In this document: positions 38,391 to 52,729 of the stretch, piece after piece | Layout: the number at the start of each line of letters is the position of its first letter | How positions within the stretch are numbered: the stretch's first letter is position 1 | Assembly: GCF_000002075.1 (NCBI RefSeq) | Contig: NW_004798763.1 | Location: 22,765 to 85,105, forward strand | Source: Aplysia californica | Lineage: Eukaryota | Reading direction: 5' to 3' | DNA: 62,341 nucleotides | Notes under the pieces: generated by a model | Seen by the model: the letters and a program-made list of their open reading frames with translations, nothing else | Database searches by the model: none | What the model was told of the DNA's origin: nothing | Position numbers and translations under genes: made by a program

Positions 38391-39348
38391 TATATCAGAT
38401 CAAGCAGCCAGCGAGTGATTGCCGCGTATGGTGTTTACCTCTGGTGGTTAATTCGTTACTAGTAGGCTTACAGCCCGGTGAATAATTTCTGTTACTATTA
38501 CTAGGTCCTACTTCTGTTCTTTTCCTCTATTGCTTCTATTTGTCTGTCTTACTCTTTCCCTGCTCTAAATGATTGTTACTGTGTCGATATACCGCTCACT
38601 GGGTATGTTTTGCGCCTTCTTTTTTTTTTTCATTTTGCCAATTTCGTTCTTTGCGAATGTTTTGAATTCGCAATTTATGTTGTCCAGTGTCATGTATGTG
38701 AAATAATATATTGTCACTTGTAGGCCTACTCAGAGACATTCACTAGTACACATAGTATACAGCTGTCTCATTTTTAAGTGTAAATGAACTCCAATGCCTT
38801 GCAGTGCAGAAAACAAGTTCAAAGAAAACATTGCTGGCATGCCATATATAGGCCTTCATATGAATAACGTGTTGTGAACACATTTTACTAGAGCAGGCAA
38901 ATTTAAGATCTTGGATTTAATGTTGTAGATTCTGTCCGAATTCTTGTGAAAGTGATGAATATTAGTACATTGTACAACATGTATTAGTATTTAATACTAG
39001 TAAGCAATACAAGTACAGTTTTTTGGTTCCAATAGTAACGCCCTTTTTAGCAAATAACTTGCATTCACGGATTTCTCTTAAAATTCACAAAACTTGCAAA
39101 TTCAAGTAGTATTGCACAAAAAAACAACTACCTGGTACTAGTACTCAGCTTTTGTACTCCACTTTACTTTAAAAAAACAAAACTTAACTACTAAGGTACC
39201 ATACACTGAAACTAAGAAGACCATACTATGACTACAGTTACAGCACTTGACTGTTCAGTCACACCAAACTGAATAGCCTACAACCTGAAGTAATAATATT
39301 CGCTGTCCCTCAGCAACACGTTGCTGAAGTTAAAAAGTATTGAGTTAA

Positions 39349-39555
39349 CCCTATCCGTACGCCCTGGGGTCATTTTGTACCCCCGAGGTTGTATTCTTCA
39401 CATTTTAGAATACCGTACTTCTAGTATGAAGATCTTCAGTATTTCTCAAAAAATCATTTTGACAGACTTCTATACAAAGCGTACGGATCGGATGAACGAG
39501 TAAATTTCCTCTTTGGGAAGTGGTGGCCCTGAGTTCCCCATGTCGTTCGTATACC
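39349..39555 (+). mobile_element. piggyBac-like MITE, 3'-truncated copy
   Basis: TTAA|CCCTATCCGTACGCCCTGGG; colinear with the 60387 copy, then interrupted by a TA-MITE fragment at about 39563-39725. Confidence 0.7.
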
Positions 39556-41902
39556 CAATGGGACCTGCTCTAAAGACCACCTGTAGACAGTCACCTCTGT
39601 ACAAATTGACACTCTTCATTTGCCCCTTATCTTTTTTACTTTCTATTTGTTTGATTTATAATGAGACTGTGTTAGATCATGTCTACCTGCCTTAACTGCC
39701 CTTGTGGCTGTCTTAGTACTCTTAGACCATTTTGACTAATAAGAAAAAAAATACCAGTATATAATATACATAGGAGAGGAGTGTTCCTTAGTACACGTAA
39801 TTGTCTTGAACAGGTAGCTCTTGGAGCAGGTCCGACTAACACAGTACTGTACTTAATTGAAGTGGAAAGTTTTGTTTTGAACATACGGTGCATATATTAT
39901 GCTGATTAGCCTACTTATCGTCCACCCCAATGTTTGGGTTTGCTTCCGCCCAGTCAGCTGTTTTTGTTGGCTTTTGCTATCTGACATGACCTCAGTATCA
40001 ATCAGTACACTACATTATATATTTTTAAAGTGCAATCTTGAAAAAAAGTGCTGCATCAGGAACACACGACTACATGATGAATAGTTCAGTCAGGGTTTTA
40101 TTTGTGTGTTTGCTGGACTTAAGAGGCCACTTGGACTGGTTTACATTGCAGTGGGGTCTTGTCTTTTCCCCAACACATACCCTACTTAGTTTCTTTTCAG
40201 TCTTACTGCAGTAGAACTTAACTTAAAAGTGAGAACAGTTGCTGTATGACTGTATGGAGAGCAAAATATAATAGAATAAGAGTCAAGACTTCTACTTTTC
40301 TACTGATATTTTAGAACAAAGACTGAACTGTATGGAATATTCTCAGCCTAATCAATCTGGTTTTTTGGGAAATGTAGCATGTTTTTTTTGTTTTGTTGTT
40401 GAAATAACTTGCCATGCAACTGTCAAAGGAAAGGATCCAAAGAAAAGGCTTGGAACTTGTGAAGGAAGCTGACATAGTTCTTGTTACAAAAATACACTAC
40501 AATAAGCACGAACTTCAAAAGACCAGATAATTTCTTCATATTAAATTAAACAGGTGATGCGCTACCGCTAAGGGAAGTTACAATGCATGAAAATTAAAGA
40601 GGGGAAGAAAAAAATGAAAGTTTGAAATCCTTTCATAGTATCAGGATTTTTATGTTAACGAAGTTGACTGAATTGTGTAAGTGCTGAAATTTTCTTTTAA
40701 TATAATATGACATACCGAAATTTACAAAAAAGTTTTTTTGCGATTGGATGGTGGAGTTTAGTCTGTGGATTTGTTCATGGTCCAGATCACATACATTGAT
40801 CATTACAGGTTTGATAAAATTACAATACAGTAGGCTAATAATAAAGTTAATGTAATGGGAAGATGAAAGAGTAGACCAGTGGTCAGCGTAGGAAGGTAGG
40901 CCTACGTGTTAACGTTGTATATATGGGAAAGGGAAGTGAAAGGTATGGTACTCTAGTAATGTAGGCTATTGCTTTGGTAAGTGTTTTACGGTGCCCGCAA
41001 CTGCATAGGTCATATGTGAGTGCGTGCAGTAATGTCTAATTCTAATGTACTTTGTTGTACTTGTTCATATATTATAGTAGTATTATTATAGAGTGGGATG
41101 TTGTTATAATTACTTCTAATGCATCTTGCCAAAGCATTTTTAAAAAGATATTAATATTACGGTACATGTAACAATTAACATTTATGTAGGGTGCGTGTTT
41201 GTGAACATCTTGATATTTTCCCCAAAGTTCAGAGATGTAGTCAAAATCTAAAGTTTGCTGCGTCATCTTGATGCCCCCCAAAGTTCAAAGATGTAGTGTA
41301 AGGGAATAAAAAAGTTTGCATGTCATCTTGGGCATTACTGTTTCGGCTCAAAATGCTGAGATCTACACAAATTATATATTTTGTGCACTTCATACCGTAG
41401 TCTTTGCTCAGTCTAACCTTTGCCAGCCCTGATTCAAAATTCAAAGTGCAGATTGAGTTTGTATTGTCTTAAAATTATTTTTTAAAGTAAATCACATTTT
41501 GAATGATTTTGCTCGGATGGGTCCCAAAGGTGACCGTGTCAGTTGCAGGCATTTTGGGGCCCCAGTCTCCGGCATCTGATGTCAAGATTATAATAAATAT
41601 TAAAAGAGTTCAAGAAAAAGTCATCAAATTTATAGACCAATTCTTCAAAGGACCTCCTCCAGCGTTTATAAGACCGTGTACGGTAGGCCTATTGTGTTGC
41701 AAGTGCCGTAAAACTTCTTTAAAAACAACTAAAGGACTTCCTGTTTAGTGCCTGTCCTCGGCAAGTTTCTGAATGATATATATTTATATATATATGTATC
41801 AGTATCATGTATTATTTGTAGCCTACAGCCTACAGGGACTTCAACTCCGCAACTTCCCTTTTCTCTCCCAATTAATTCAGACACAACAATGTGTGCTGAT
41901 GT

Positions 41903-42100
41903 TGTGGTGTAGTGGTCAGGCACTTTGCTTTCATTAATCCAGAGACCTGACTTCAATTCCAGAATTTTTATCGAGTTGGAATTTATTGTTCTGTTGGGAT
42001 GTTGTTTTCCTCTCAGTAGTCTCAGTCAGCGTGAGTTGGGCCTGACAGGCAGGATCGGAAGCCCGCTTCCTAAATGGTCTAAATTGTGTTGATAGGAGGT
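41903..42100 (+). mobile_element. tRNA-derived SINE copy
   Basis: A box TGGTGTAGTGG, the shared core, and a ggaagcccgcttcc tail. Confidence 0.65.
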
Positions 42101-42509
42101 GGTTAACAATGAATTACAAAAGGCAAAGGTGCTCTTGGGACACCCTCTCATGGTTCTTTTTTTTTGCGGACCCTAGGAAAAGACAGTCCATGATGCTTTC
42201 TAAACGATTTCTTTGCAATTATGTACCGGTACATATGTACTTGGTGAGGTTCTTCCTTGGTGGATGGATTCCTTTTGAATTCTAAGTTAAGCTGTAGAGT
42301 AGAGTAAGGTTTCATGACATTTTGCAAAAAGTCGTCCACTTCCACTTTTCAGAAATTGTGGTTACACCACTCTTACTGGATTTCTTGTGTCAGGACATAA
42401 CATGCAGTACATGTACCAGTATAGTATAGAAATTATCAATTAAGATTGATGGGCATTCTGTTTTGGAAGCAAAGTAAAGTTCATGGTCTAGTCTCATTTT
42501 ATGGATTAA

Positions 42510-42780
42510 CTCTATCCATATGTCATGTTTTACTCGTATCCCGTATCCATACGATGTGGAGAACTCTGTGTCATCACTTTCCAAAGAAGAAATTTATTCG
42601 TTAATTCCATCCATACGCTTTGCATAGCAGTAGCAGTCTGTCTCAAATGATTTTTTTGAGAAATACTGAAAATTTCAAAGATATCTTCGTTACTACTAGA
42701 AGTATTCTAAAATGTGAAGAATGCAACTCTACAACACCGGGGGTACAAAATAACCCCAAGCCATACGGATCCGGATAGGG
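42510..42780 (-). mobile_element. piggyBac-like MITE, inverted copy of the 60387 family
   Basis: Flanked by TTAA on both sides; reverse-complement similarity to 60387-60632. Confidence 0.75.
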
Positions 42781-43111
42781 TTAACTAATTTTTTTTTCTG
42801 TAACTATCGTGTTCATTTTACTCTTGTTAGTAATAATGTACAAAATGTAGGCTACTTTTGGAATACCTTTTCTATGACTTATTGCACTAAACAAGTCAAA
42901 GCTGGACGATTTTTGAATGTGCGTGAGGGATTTAACTGCTTACTGGCTAGTCTATTATTATTATATTATAATATAATATTATAGCTAGGGCCTACAACAT
43001 CTATGACACAAGTCCACAACTTTGTTTCTTTATCAAAAGTGTGCTTAGGCCCTCGCAAAAAGCCATCACGGGCATCTCTACTGCCCACTTATTTTAGAGG
43101 TTGAGGATTTT

Positions 43112-43322
43112 ACTTAGAGCTTCACGGCACTTGCAACACAATAAGATCAGGTAACATAATAATTATAATATAATATATATAAGTGCAGAAGATTAGTAGA
43201 GCAGGTGTTACAAGAGAGTAACAAACGCCAAAAATTTATAAAAGGACAATACATGTAGAAGTTTTAGTTTGAGAGGAAAGAAGGAGCAAACCACACTACA
43301 GTACTAGAACACCCACCAACCG
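43112..43322 (-). repeat. Inverted copy of the 673-860 family
   Basis: ggcacttgcaacacaat...ggtgttacaagagagtaacaa...gcaaaccacac. Confidence 0.7.
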
Positions 43323-43823
43323 TCCATGTTGAAGTTGAAGGTTTGATTGATCATGGAGCAGGTTAGAGTTGTGCAAATTATTCATTTATATAATAAATAA
43401 ATAAATGTCAATTTAAAAAATGATGTCATTATATTATTATATTAAATTATTAGCGCTCAACCCCGATTAAATAAAGTACATGATGTACACAGGCTCTTTA
43501 GGCAAATTGAAATTGTGTTTACAGTCACTGTACTGTAGTGTTAGAGTAAGTTACTGTAAGAAGAGGATGCTTTTCCTGAACAGTAACTTTTAATAAAACA
43601 CTGACGCTCTTGAGTCTTGAAAAAATTCTGGGTGGAGGGCACTCCATACTTCATTCAGGTATGTAGGCCTACCGGTACCCGAGTAGGCCCACTAACCACT
43701 AAAATGTGAATGATGTAGAATTTGCTCAGCCTTCTACTTGATGTTGAAGACTTGTTGCCCACTTGCAGTTGTTTACCAAAAATAGAAAAGACTTGGAAAT
43801 TCAGGTCTTTGAGACAGCAGGCC

Positions 43824-44072
43824 ACTGTTGGATTGCAGTTAGGTGCTTCACTGTCTCACGCAAGAGGCCCAAGTTAAATTCACAAAATTGGGTACAATTG
43901 TTATCGAGTTGAGTAGGCAATCTTAGTCTTTCTGCTGGGATGTGGTAATACATGTAGTTAGTGTCCCTCTCAGCTCCTACTGGCCCTGACAGTTTGGGCT
44001 GGAAGCCTGCCTCCCCTAAATACTAAATGATGTACATCTAAATTGCATTGACGGGGGCGTAAAAAACACCTA
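43824..44072 (+). mobile_element. tRNA-derived SINE copy (degenerate)
   Basis: Shared core ctgctgggatgt...ggccctgacag...ggaagcctgcctcc and a ggcgtaaaaaacacc tail. Confidence 0.6.
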
Positions 44073-44309
44073 CATAAAAGTATATTATATATAAGTAGGA
44101 ATTAGTTTGCATCAATTGTTCATTGCCCAGAAGTAGACTCACAATCTGAAGAACAAATGATGAGTTAACAAGTCGAACCCGCTCTCTAACACTTTTATCC
44201 GATGTTACCCACATAAAGACAATCATTTGTACCAACGGCCACTTCCCACTTCCCTATGCTTAATAACTTATAATAACTTGACACTGTGTGTAAGACGTCC
44301 ACCTGCTTA

Positions 44310-44795
44310 ATTAAGTCAATAAGTGTGAGGCCACATTACAAGCGAGAGCTGAAGCTATCGGGAAGCTAGCGATGAGCAATAAACTTAGTGGAGGCCATAC
44401 TATGGATCTCTTTTCGCGTGCGGAAAATAAGCAGCAAGCTAGCGGTAAACAGCTGAGGTGAAAAACTGGTGCGTTTTTTTTTGGCTGGTCAGAAACATGA
44501 TTCAAGAGACAGGGTCAAAAATTTTCGAGACTCGCACATGGGGGGGGGGGGGGGGGGGGGGGGTTGTAAGTTGTATGCAATGGAAGGAGTCTCTCCCGTC
44601 CGTCCGCCCGCTCGAATGCATGGAGTCTCTCCCTCCGCCCGCTCGCTAAACGAACTGTTGTAGCAAGTTGTGTAGCAAGTAGAGAACTACTCTTCACAAA
44701 CGGACGATCCGTTACCCGTCCGCTCGTTTGCGGGTAGTGCCAGCGAGTAGTTCGTTACTCACGGACGCTAATTTTGCGAGCCCGACCCAACACTA
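44310..44795. mobile_element. CpG-rich DNA-transposon fragment (hAT-like end)
   Basis: CpG-rich island in AT-rich context ending CCCAACACTA; the partner TIR was not found. Confidence 0.35.
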
Positions 44796-46435
44796 CTGTG
44801 CACCATATAGTGAGTGATAGGTGTGTAGGTTTGAGAAGGATTTTCCTAAGTAAAATGAAATAATAAGTAAGCACTGTCCTGCATATATATTTTGAAAGGT
44901 AATAAAATGTAGCATCGAAATGTGTAAACAAATATCTGATTAGGCAAAGTACATAATTGATACTTGTCAGAGAATGTATACATCACAAGGGAGCTAATAA
45001 AAAGACAGACCAAGTTTCCTACTTTGAATAAATAACGAAATTTAAGTTTCAAAATAACATTCTTGTGCTCATAAAATGAATGTTACATTCAATTGAAAAA
45101 TTCTACCATATTTTATTTTATAAATTTTTTAACATCACTGTGAGAATGCCAAAAGTTGTAATGAATCACAATTTGCCAGAGTGGCATTTGTTATTGTCCA
45201 AGTCTAGATTTAGATTTAGACCTACATCATTATCCTCTTGATTTTCACTTCTCTTGGCTTACTTTCCCTTTAATTTCCCAGCACATCCACTCACTCCTTT
45301 ATCTTCAACTGGCCTCTTTGCTGTCACTGTAGATTTAGATCTACAAATATTGTCTTTTTTCACACCTCTCACTCTCAATTCAATCATCACCCGAATCAGA
45401 ATCTAAAGATAAGGATTCTAGGTCATTATCACCTCTGTTCTCAAGTTTACTAAAGAAAAATTCTCTGGTCTGTTTTACACATTATATGCCCATGGGGTTA
45501 TTAGCTACCAGCCCAGAAACATAACTAGAACTAGTAATGGGTGTGGCCATCTTTCATGTTTTGGTTTCACAAACAGACCACACAAAATACTGAAATAATA
45601 TCAACTTTTCCCCCACTTACGTATAGACACTATATTTCGTTGCAGGAAGTTTCTACTTTAGAGATTTGTTTATATCAAAACTTACAATAATGGATCAAGT
45701 ATGTTTATGAACTAGATTTTCTAAATATATAAAGTTGGTGTATAGCCGGTGCCTATGTATTGGTAATGAGTGAAAATGGTGCGGTCGCACTACCAATATA
45801 TCGGTAATGGGAAGAGAATGAGTTAAACATTTCATCATATGACATAGGTGTGCATTTACGAGAAGCTCTTTTTACACAGCCTGCACTGGTACTTGCAATT
45901 TTATCAACAACAAAAAATTGTCGCATTGCTTTCAACGAATTCTCAGACTCAACAGAAAGCAAAGCCACACCTGGTGACTTTGTTGAATCAAGTTTCACTA
46001 TAAAAGTAACTTGAAACACTTTGAAATTTAAGAGCAGTACTTCATTTGTGCAAAATAAGGCAAAAAGAATGTTCACAAAGTCAAAAAACGTTACTGCCTC
46101 TACAGCATAGAGAAGATGAAATCTTTGTGTGGAATGATAGTAACAGTACCTGTTCATGGATTTTTCTTAGCTCCTGGATGAACCATGTAGAACAAATAAA
46201 TGGCGTCATCACACAAAATATGTATCTAGCTTAAGATTATTTATTGTTTATATTGTTGCTCATTTATATTACGAATGTGATAGTAAGCCTGCATGTGTAT
46301 GCATGTTTGTGTGAGTGTGTTTGCGTGTGCGTGTGCGTTTGTGTGTGTGCATGTTGTGAAACATCAAACCAATGTGCTGTAACGTAACAAATACGCCACA
46401 GCCCCACCTTTCGGTCAAGCCAAGGCCAAACTCAC

Positions 46436-46664
46436 TTTGCTCTGGGCTGGGCTCCAGGTTGCTGCATCTTCTCCTCCAGCTGCCTTCTGAGATCTGCCAA
46501 AGTTTCTTCTGCCTGTCTGACTTGCTTCTTGAGAGTCTCTTCCTGCCTTGTCCTCTGCTCAAACTCGGCTTGCATTCGGTACATGGAAGCCTTGAGACGC
46601 TCCGTCTGCTCTACAGTCATTGTGTCCTCGCGGTTTTGTGAGCAGCTGAGCAGCTCTTGCAGTT
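46436..46664 (-). CDS. Exon of an unidentified coiled-coil protein gene (LQELLSCSQNREDTMTVEQTERLKASMYRMQAEFEQRTRQEETLKKQVRQAEETLADLRRQLEEKMQQ...)
   Basis: ttttctgtcccgtctgcag acceptor; E/Q/K/R-rich heptad-like frame; AA|gtgagt donor, or read-through to TGA at 46432-46434. Confidence 0.7.
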
Positions 46665-47272
46665 CTGCAGACGGGACAGAAAACAACCTTTCTTGCTTGG
46701 GCTAACTGAGCAGCTACCATTAAGTCCCAGGACAAGGAAATTGTCATGGCAGCAGTCAAACCGATAACAAAAAAAAGGAGTATCTCCCTTTTGGGCTATG
46801 GTTCACCAATATTATTAGACCAGTACCAAAAACAACCTATAAAAACACAATTTCTTAAAAAACAGTATCCATTGAATATATATACTGACTAGTTTTCACC
46901 TACTTTGCGTTGAAAAGTGAATTACTCAGAGCATGATACTGATTCATCAAAAGGTAAATCTTTATCAACAGAGACCTCTACTTTGGAACTGCTTTACACA
47001 TTTTCTTTTTTCAACAAACCTTAAAAACATGAAAACAAAATGACAACTTTAAAATGAAAAGAACAAGAATAAAAAGTCTTAGTATCTTTACAGAAAATTT
47101 GTTAGTAATCAGGAAATTTTTTAAAAGAAAAAATTGATCATTACAATAGCAGTGTGCGATTAAAAAAAAATTAGCATCCAAAATTGGTAGAAATCACAAT
47201 TAAATTGAAATATAATGTAATATAAGTATATCCTAACTTGATGGTTTAATTAAATTTGATTACTTGGCATAC

Positions 47273-47421
47273 TTTTTACTTCTGTCTTGAATAAGTATTT
47301 CTCCTCATCACTTTTCTCCTTTACTTGTTTGCTGAGAGCTCCCATTTTATCAATCAAAGCCTTCATTTCCTCCTGTGCAGTCAGAGAGTCTTCATCCATT
47401 TTGAAATCTTGTGTTGTGTCG
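47273..47421 (-). CDS. Upstream exon of the same coiled-coil gene (DTTQDFKMDEDSLTAQEEMKALIDKMGALSKQVKEKSDEEKYLFKTEVK)
   Basis: ttctttatgtttatag acceptor; A|gtatgc donor in phase 1, which joins exon 46664 in frame. Confidence 0.62.
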
Positions 47422-47916
47422 CTATAAACATAAAGAAAAAAGAACAAAGTGTGAATTATACAAAGATGTACACTTTTAGTGGGACAAATTGCATATATTT
47501 ATTCAACAAAAACTGCAGATATTTATCTTTCCCCTCCCAAACACCACATTTGGGCAAGACATCATCATGATGTACTCTTTCAAAAAACGTTATATTGTCT
47601 TGATTGTTCATGTTCACGGGGACTTACATTGAGGAATAAAAGGAATAATTCAGTTTTAACTGTTAAGTTGTACCGGTATCTCAATAATGACAAAACTTTT
47701 CAATTTATAGCCACTTTCTTGTTACTTCTTCAACTCGTACAAAACAGAACCAATCACAATACTGGGTAAATGAAAGGAAAGAATGACTGGTGAGTTTTAA
47801 AACTCAATCAGATTTTTTTTGGGTAATTAATTCACAGCACTCGCAACAGCATTAGGAGGTCATATGAACGTGCAGGTCACATTTAACATTTTTCAGTTTG
47901 TAGGAAATTTTGAAAT

Positions 47917-48328
47917 TTGAGTGGGTGGCGGCCGAAGCCTACTCTTATTGAATTTGGACCACAAAGGGATCTTTCACAAGCGCAATTTGCACACGTGACC
48001 TCCGAGACTTTTCGTCCTTATCCGAGAAGGCTGGGTACTATAAAATCAGGGGTGTGGCTGAAAGACAGCAGTAAGAAGGAGCCAAAGAGTAGCAGTAGAA
48101 AGGCTGCAGAAAGAGTCAGGAGCCCAGAAGAGGGGGCAAAGACTTGAGGGGGTGCTAGGTGGGGGCAGAAAGGTGAGGCGAAAGCAGACGACAGAACATT
48201 GTTAGTTGTTAGAGAGCAGGAAAGGATGTGAAAGAAGAAAATTTTAGAGAAGAAAATTTTCCTTCCTTTTCAGATTCGAACACTCGACCTATTGAATGAG
48301 AGGCGAACACCTTAACCTCTCGATCACC
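47917..48328 (-). mobile_element. Second tRNA-derived SINE family, interrupted
   Basis: The reverse strand of 48271-48328 reads ggtgatcgagaggttaaggtg...gtgttcgaatc (A and B boxes); SINE-like body at 47917-48035. Confidence 0.5.
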
Positions 48329-48506
48329 AGAACCATCAATCAGATGCTTTGACCATAAATAAGAGAGGGACAAAGGATTGAAAAATAAAGTGAAAATCAC
48401 TCAGCGATTGACCTGCTCGACAGAGATCATGTGCCTGCCTCAAAAAAAAAAGTTATTTCTGTAAGTGTGCAGGCAGTCTGTATAAATTTCATGGCACCAT
48501 ACAGTA

Positions 48507-48678
48507 TAGTATAACACGGATAGCTCAAATCCGCCGGGATCGGCCTCAGTAGTTCGAAGTATCCATAGTTCGAGGGATATCTTACAAAGATAAAGTTTTT
48601 AAAAAATGGGACCGCAGGCACAGTTCAACAGAGGAGTTATTTCGAGTCTTCTGTGTCCGACCTATCCGTGTTATACTG
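48507..48678. mobile_element. Short MITE
   Basis: 16-bp inverted repeat AGTATAACACGGATAG / CTATCCGTGTTATACT with a TA flank. Confidence 0.7.
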
Positions 48679-50312
48679 TATCATCTCCTCCTCTGGCTGT
48701 ACTGCTTCTATTAGGAGCCATTATTTTGCTTGAAAGTTAGCATTGCCATTCAAAGTAAGTCAAAGGTGAATGTAAAAGAGCTCACTTCTTTCAACCTCAC
48801 ATGTCCAAAACTGTGTTTATATATAACATATAAAATTGAACTTCAAACCATAATGATAAAAATACAAGTTTATTTTAAGAGTGTAGTTTAGCGCTGTAAA
48901 GGGAGTTATATTTGCATGAGTTAGGTAAAGCAGGACACTTCACTAATAGAAGTGAATTGCCCTTTATAGTTTATGGGGCTCTCAGGTGGATTAAGTCTTA
49001 CAATGAGTTCTTACAAATTATTAGGAAACTTTTTTTTTAAAGTGAAAAAACTTGATGCACATGATCTTGACTGCCAACAACAACAGTATTAACGAGTTAG
49101 TTTCAGGCAAGAAAAGCTTTTTAAACCGAACTTTGACCCTGAGGTACACACAGAAAAATGATAAAACTCTGTCTATAAGCTTCTACTACCACAATAAGAA
49201 CACAAAGAATTTTGGCTTTACTTTCACTCCTTCACACACATGCAGTGCTTTGAGGGGGTCATACTGCAGTAATTTTTAAAGCAGATCACACATGATTAGT
49301 GTATATTATTAAAACTGTCACAAATCAATTATTTTCAAGAAAATTTCAAACCTATGACAAAACATCAAACTATATTAAGAGAAAAACAAGGGGGAAGGGG
49401 CAGGGGCATGCCCCCCTGAGATAAAAATAAAATCCGGGGAGGATACAGGGGAACATGAGGCTCCCTGCCCTCCCCTCCTGATCATACTCATAATTATAAT
49501 TTGTGTTGCCATTTGAAAGGTTTGAAATTTTCTTGGTCCAGAGCACAGAAATTACAACACAATTAGGCTTAGTGTGAAATATATAATGGTTCGATTAGAA
49601 ATCATCAAATGTGAGGCATCATGGTGAAATCTGACACTCGTCAAAATAATGAATGAAATCGAAGAAAACAGTATTTACCTTCCTTCTTGGTAATTTTTAT
49701 TTTTAAAATTTTTTGGCTCAACATTTTTTATGTCCATTTAGAATAAAATCCCTGTGAGGATTTTACTGAAAAAGATTGATTAAAGGCACAATTATGTGAA
49801 TTTACCGTTTCCATGGACTCTCCAGCCTTGGAAGTTATTGATATCAAGCTTTGGCGGCCATTTTCTAGCTAATTTTACCTCTGAAACCAGGCGACCGTGA
49901 CCTCCTTCAATCGCAAATATTTCGACTCTTATTCATAATAGACAGATATTTTTTTCACCAAAACCAAGGCAAATGAACAGGCTTTTTAAGACGATACCAA
50001 TAACTCTATGTTAAAAGATTGACGAGCGCCTGATTCCACCATGTCGTGACACATATTTATTATAAATATAAAAAATGATTCATTTGGTAACGAATAGTCA
50101 ACATTCATGTAAAATTTATCATTAAAAAATAAACAAGAAAAGGGCTTTAGAAAACCAGAGTATGAGACAGTAATGAAAGTAGAATACCCTTTGACAGTTC
50201 ACGTTTGAGGAACAAAGACAAAAGACGAAGGCTTGAAAAATAGTTCAGATGCGAAATCATTCCGAAACAGATCGACTCAACACTCAGAGGTTGGTAAACT
50301 TTTAGGAAGTGA

Positions 50313-50430
50313 TTATTCACACCGGGTGTGCGCATAAGAATTAATTTTATTCACACTGGGTGTGCGCATAGGAATTAATATTATTCACACCGGGTGTGCG
50401 AATAAGAAATAATTCGATTCACACAGGGTC
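50313..50430. repeat. Minisatellite of quasi-palindromic ~35-bp units (tattcacaccgggtgtgcg)
   Basis: 3-4 units; related units in opposite orientation at 52730-52870. Confidence 0.7.
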
Positions 50431-51049
50431 GAGCCTACATTTATTTCGGACATCGTTTGTCACACCCGGGTATCCCACCTTTTGACTAAGGCTTTAAATG
50501 TTAAAACAACTGTACACTGGTATAAAATCATACTTGTTTCAGTTTTAGGGTTAAAGCATGCACTCATCTCTCTCTCTCTCTCTCTCCCAAGGCGCAAGGA
50601 AAACAAAAACGAAAAAAGGGAGATTTGAGTCATTATCTGATTATCATTTACACAATACACAAGTTGAATTCCAATTGAGTGGGTTTTTTCCGTATTGCAT
50701 TGCACAATTAGAATTAGATTCATCCCTACCAAAGATAGCAATAAAACAAGATTGGTCACTCAGCCCGAAAAGTGTTTGCAAAAGTCCGCGCATTGCTTCA
50801 GATGGCGCTGGAGTCTTTATTTTGAAGCTCTCTTTGGTTTCTCCAGAAGAAGAATAGGATAAGCAGAGTCTGTTAATTTCACTTTTATTGTTTTTCACAC
50901 AAGTTAGGTAACTGTTCGCAAATTCCGCACTTTTTCGAAGAGGGCGCAACCAAATTTTGAGGACACTTTTTAATTGGCTCAAAGAGAAGGGTGAACTATC
51001 TTGTTATACATGATCTTTGTCCCGACGCGATGAGGGGGAAAAAATGAGG

Positions 51050-52729
51050 AAATGCTAAGCCTAATTAAACTCGTCCAAAAAAGTCAAGGACAGCTTGTGT
51101 TTTCACCTGTCAAATTTAAACTTCAATATCTCACAAACTCGTTAAGATCAGTCAACCAAACTTGGCACACGCACTGTCGACTAGACACAGTTTGCATGTA
51201 CAGCAAATTTGCCCGCACCAGCTTCACATTGACGGCGCAGGGCATTCTGAAACACAGTCGAAAATCATGAAAAATGGGCTAAATTTCTCTGACTCAGCAA
51301 CATTGACTGTTAGCTAAAACTAAGCTTGGCACGTGCTAAACAGATGTCTCAGCTGTGATTCTTGCTCCCTTACAACCCTTTATAAGGCAGCGATTTTCAG
51401 CCACGTTTCATTACAACACAATGGTCCAACGACGCTTGCTGCCCGACGTCGACAGAGAACGAGTCCTTGCCTGGCTCCAAGATGGCTCCACGTTCTCAAT
51501 TGTTGCACATCGACTTGGGGTGTCCCCATCAGTCATACGGAGGCTGCAAGAACGATGACGAGCGACCGGAAGGGTCCAGGACAGGCCTCAACCAGGGTGC
51601 CATGTTTGACCAACGACAGCATCGACCGGTTCATCGTCGGACAGGGCGTGACGTCATGAACCACTACTGCAAATGGCACGAAGGACCAACTATGGGTGAC
51701 AGCCAATGTCCACGAGAGCGAGGAGATGGTAAGGAACTGTAATCGTAGAGCCAAGTTCGCTTCTCGTGTCCCTGCCAGGCGCCCAAGGCACACGCTGCCC
51801 CACACAGCAGCTGGTCGGGCGTGGTCTGCTTGCCATTCACAGCGGACCCAATGTCAGTGGGACCAGGTAGTCTTCTCGGACGAATCCAGATTCAACCTGC
51901 TGCACCCAGATAGGCGAGCCCACGTCTGGAGGCGCCGAGGAGAGATGTTCCACCCTGAGTGCATCAAGCAGGTGGCGCCCTACGGCAGAGGGCCCGTTTT
52001 GGTGTGGGGAGGCTTTTCAGCTCACCACAAGACCCCCTGTACCATATACAGGGCAATTTGACCGCGGCAAGGTACAGGAAGGAAATCCTGCGTCCCCCTT
52101 GCTGTTTCTCTCTTGCAACAGATTGGACCCCAGGCTATACTGCAGGACGACAACGCCACGCCACATCGCGCACGCATCGTTGGGGATTTCCTGCAGCAGC
52201 GAGCTTTCACCCGCATGGACTGACCAGCTTGTGGTCCGGATTTGAACCCAATAGAGAACATTTGGGATCCCATTGACCGGTGGATAAAAGACAACCACCC
52301 TCCTGCACAAAACCTTAAGCAACTCTTGGCTACCTCGTCCAGGAGGGGCAGAACCTGTACTGCAACAAGTCCTCCGAAGGCATGTCCTGTCCATACGTCG
52401 ACGCTGTGCCGAGTGTTTGATAAAACAGGGTGGCTACACCCACTATTGACCATGTTCATGAAGAACTATGGCTGTTCAGACTTTTGAAATCCGACCAGTG
52501 TGACTTAAACTCATTTTACATGACCTTCTCATTTTTGTTGAAATTTGAAATTGTACACACTTAATCTAAAGAGTCGAAAGCAACATTTTGGAAAAAATGA
52601 ATAAATTTGGTTAATAAACTGTTCTTCAGTTATCTTTCTTTGAATTTTTGTTCCTTGACTTTTTTGTGCGAATTTCCATCCTTCTTTTGGAACGCCCTCT
52701 CTGTGCAAATAATATTTTGTAGTACACTG
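51050..52729 (+). mobile_element. Decayed Tc1/mariner DNA transposon
   Basis: Right end ...GTACACTG|TA at 52729; AAAAAAGTCAAGGA near 51077 is inverted near 52651-52664. The left boundary is uncertain. Confidence 0.8.
51421..52445 (+). pseudogene. Tc1-family DD34E transposase, inactivated
   Basis: N-terminal HTH (VAHRLGVSPSVIRRL), then WDQVVFSDESRF, VLVWGGFS, LQDDNATPHRA and PDLNPIENIW with 34 residues between D and E; several frameshifts and in-frame stops. Confidence 0.93.

Noticed and set aside
45753-46157. 134-aa - strand ORF as an independent gene
   Set aside because: Low-information AT-rich translation whose end overlaps a piggyBac-like terminus (gaatgagttaa near 45816); at most a weak terminal exon.
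52017-52459. - strand ORFs of 125-145 aa
   Set aside because: Antisense shadows of the Tc1 transposase pseudogene.
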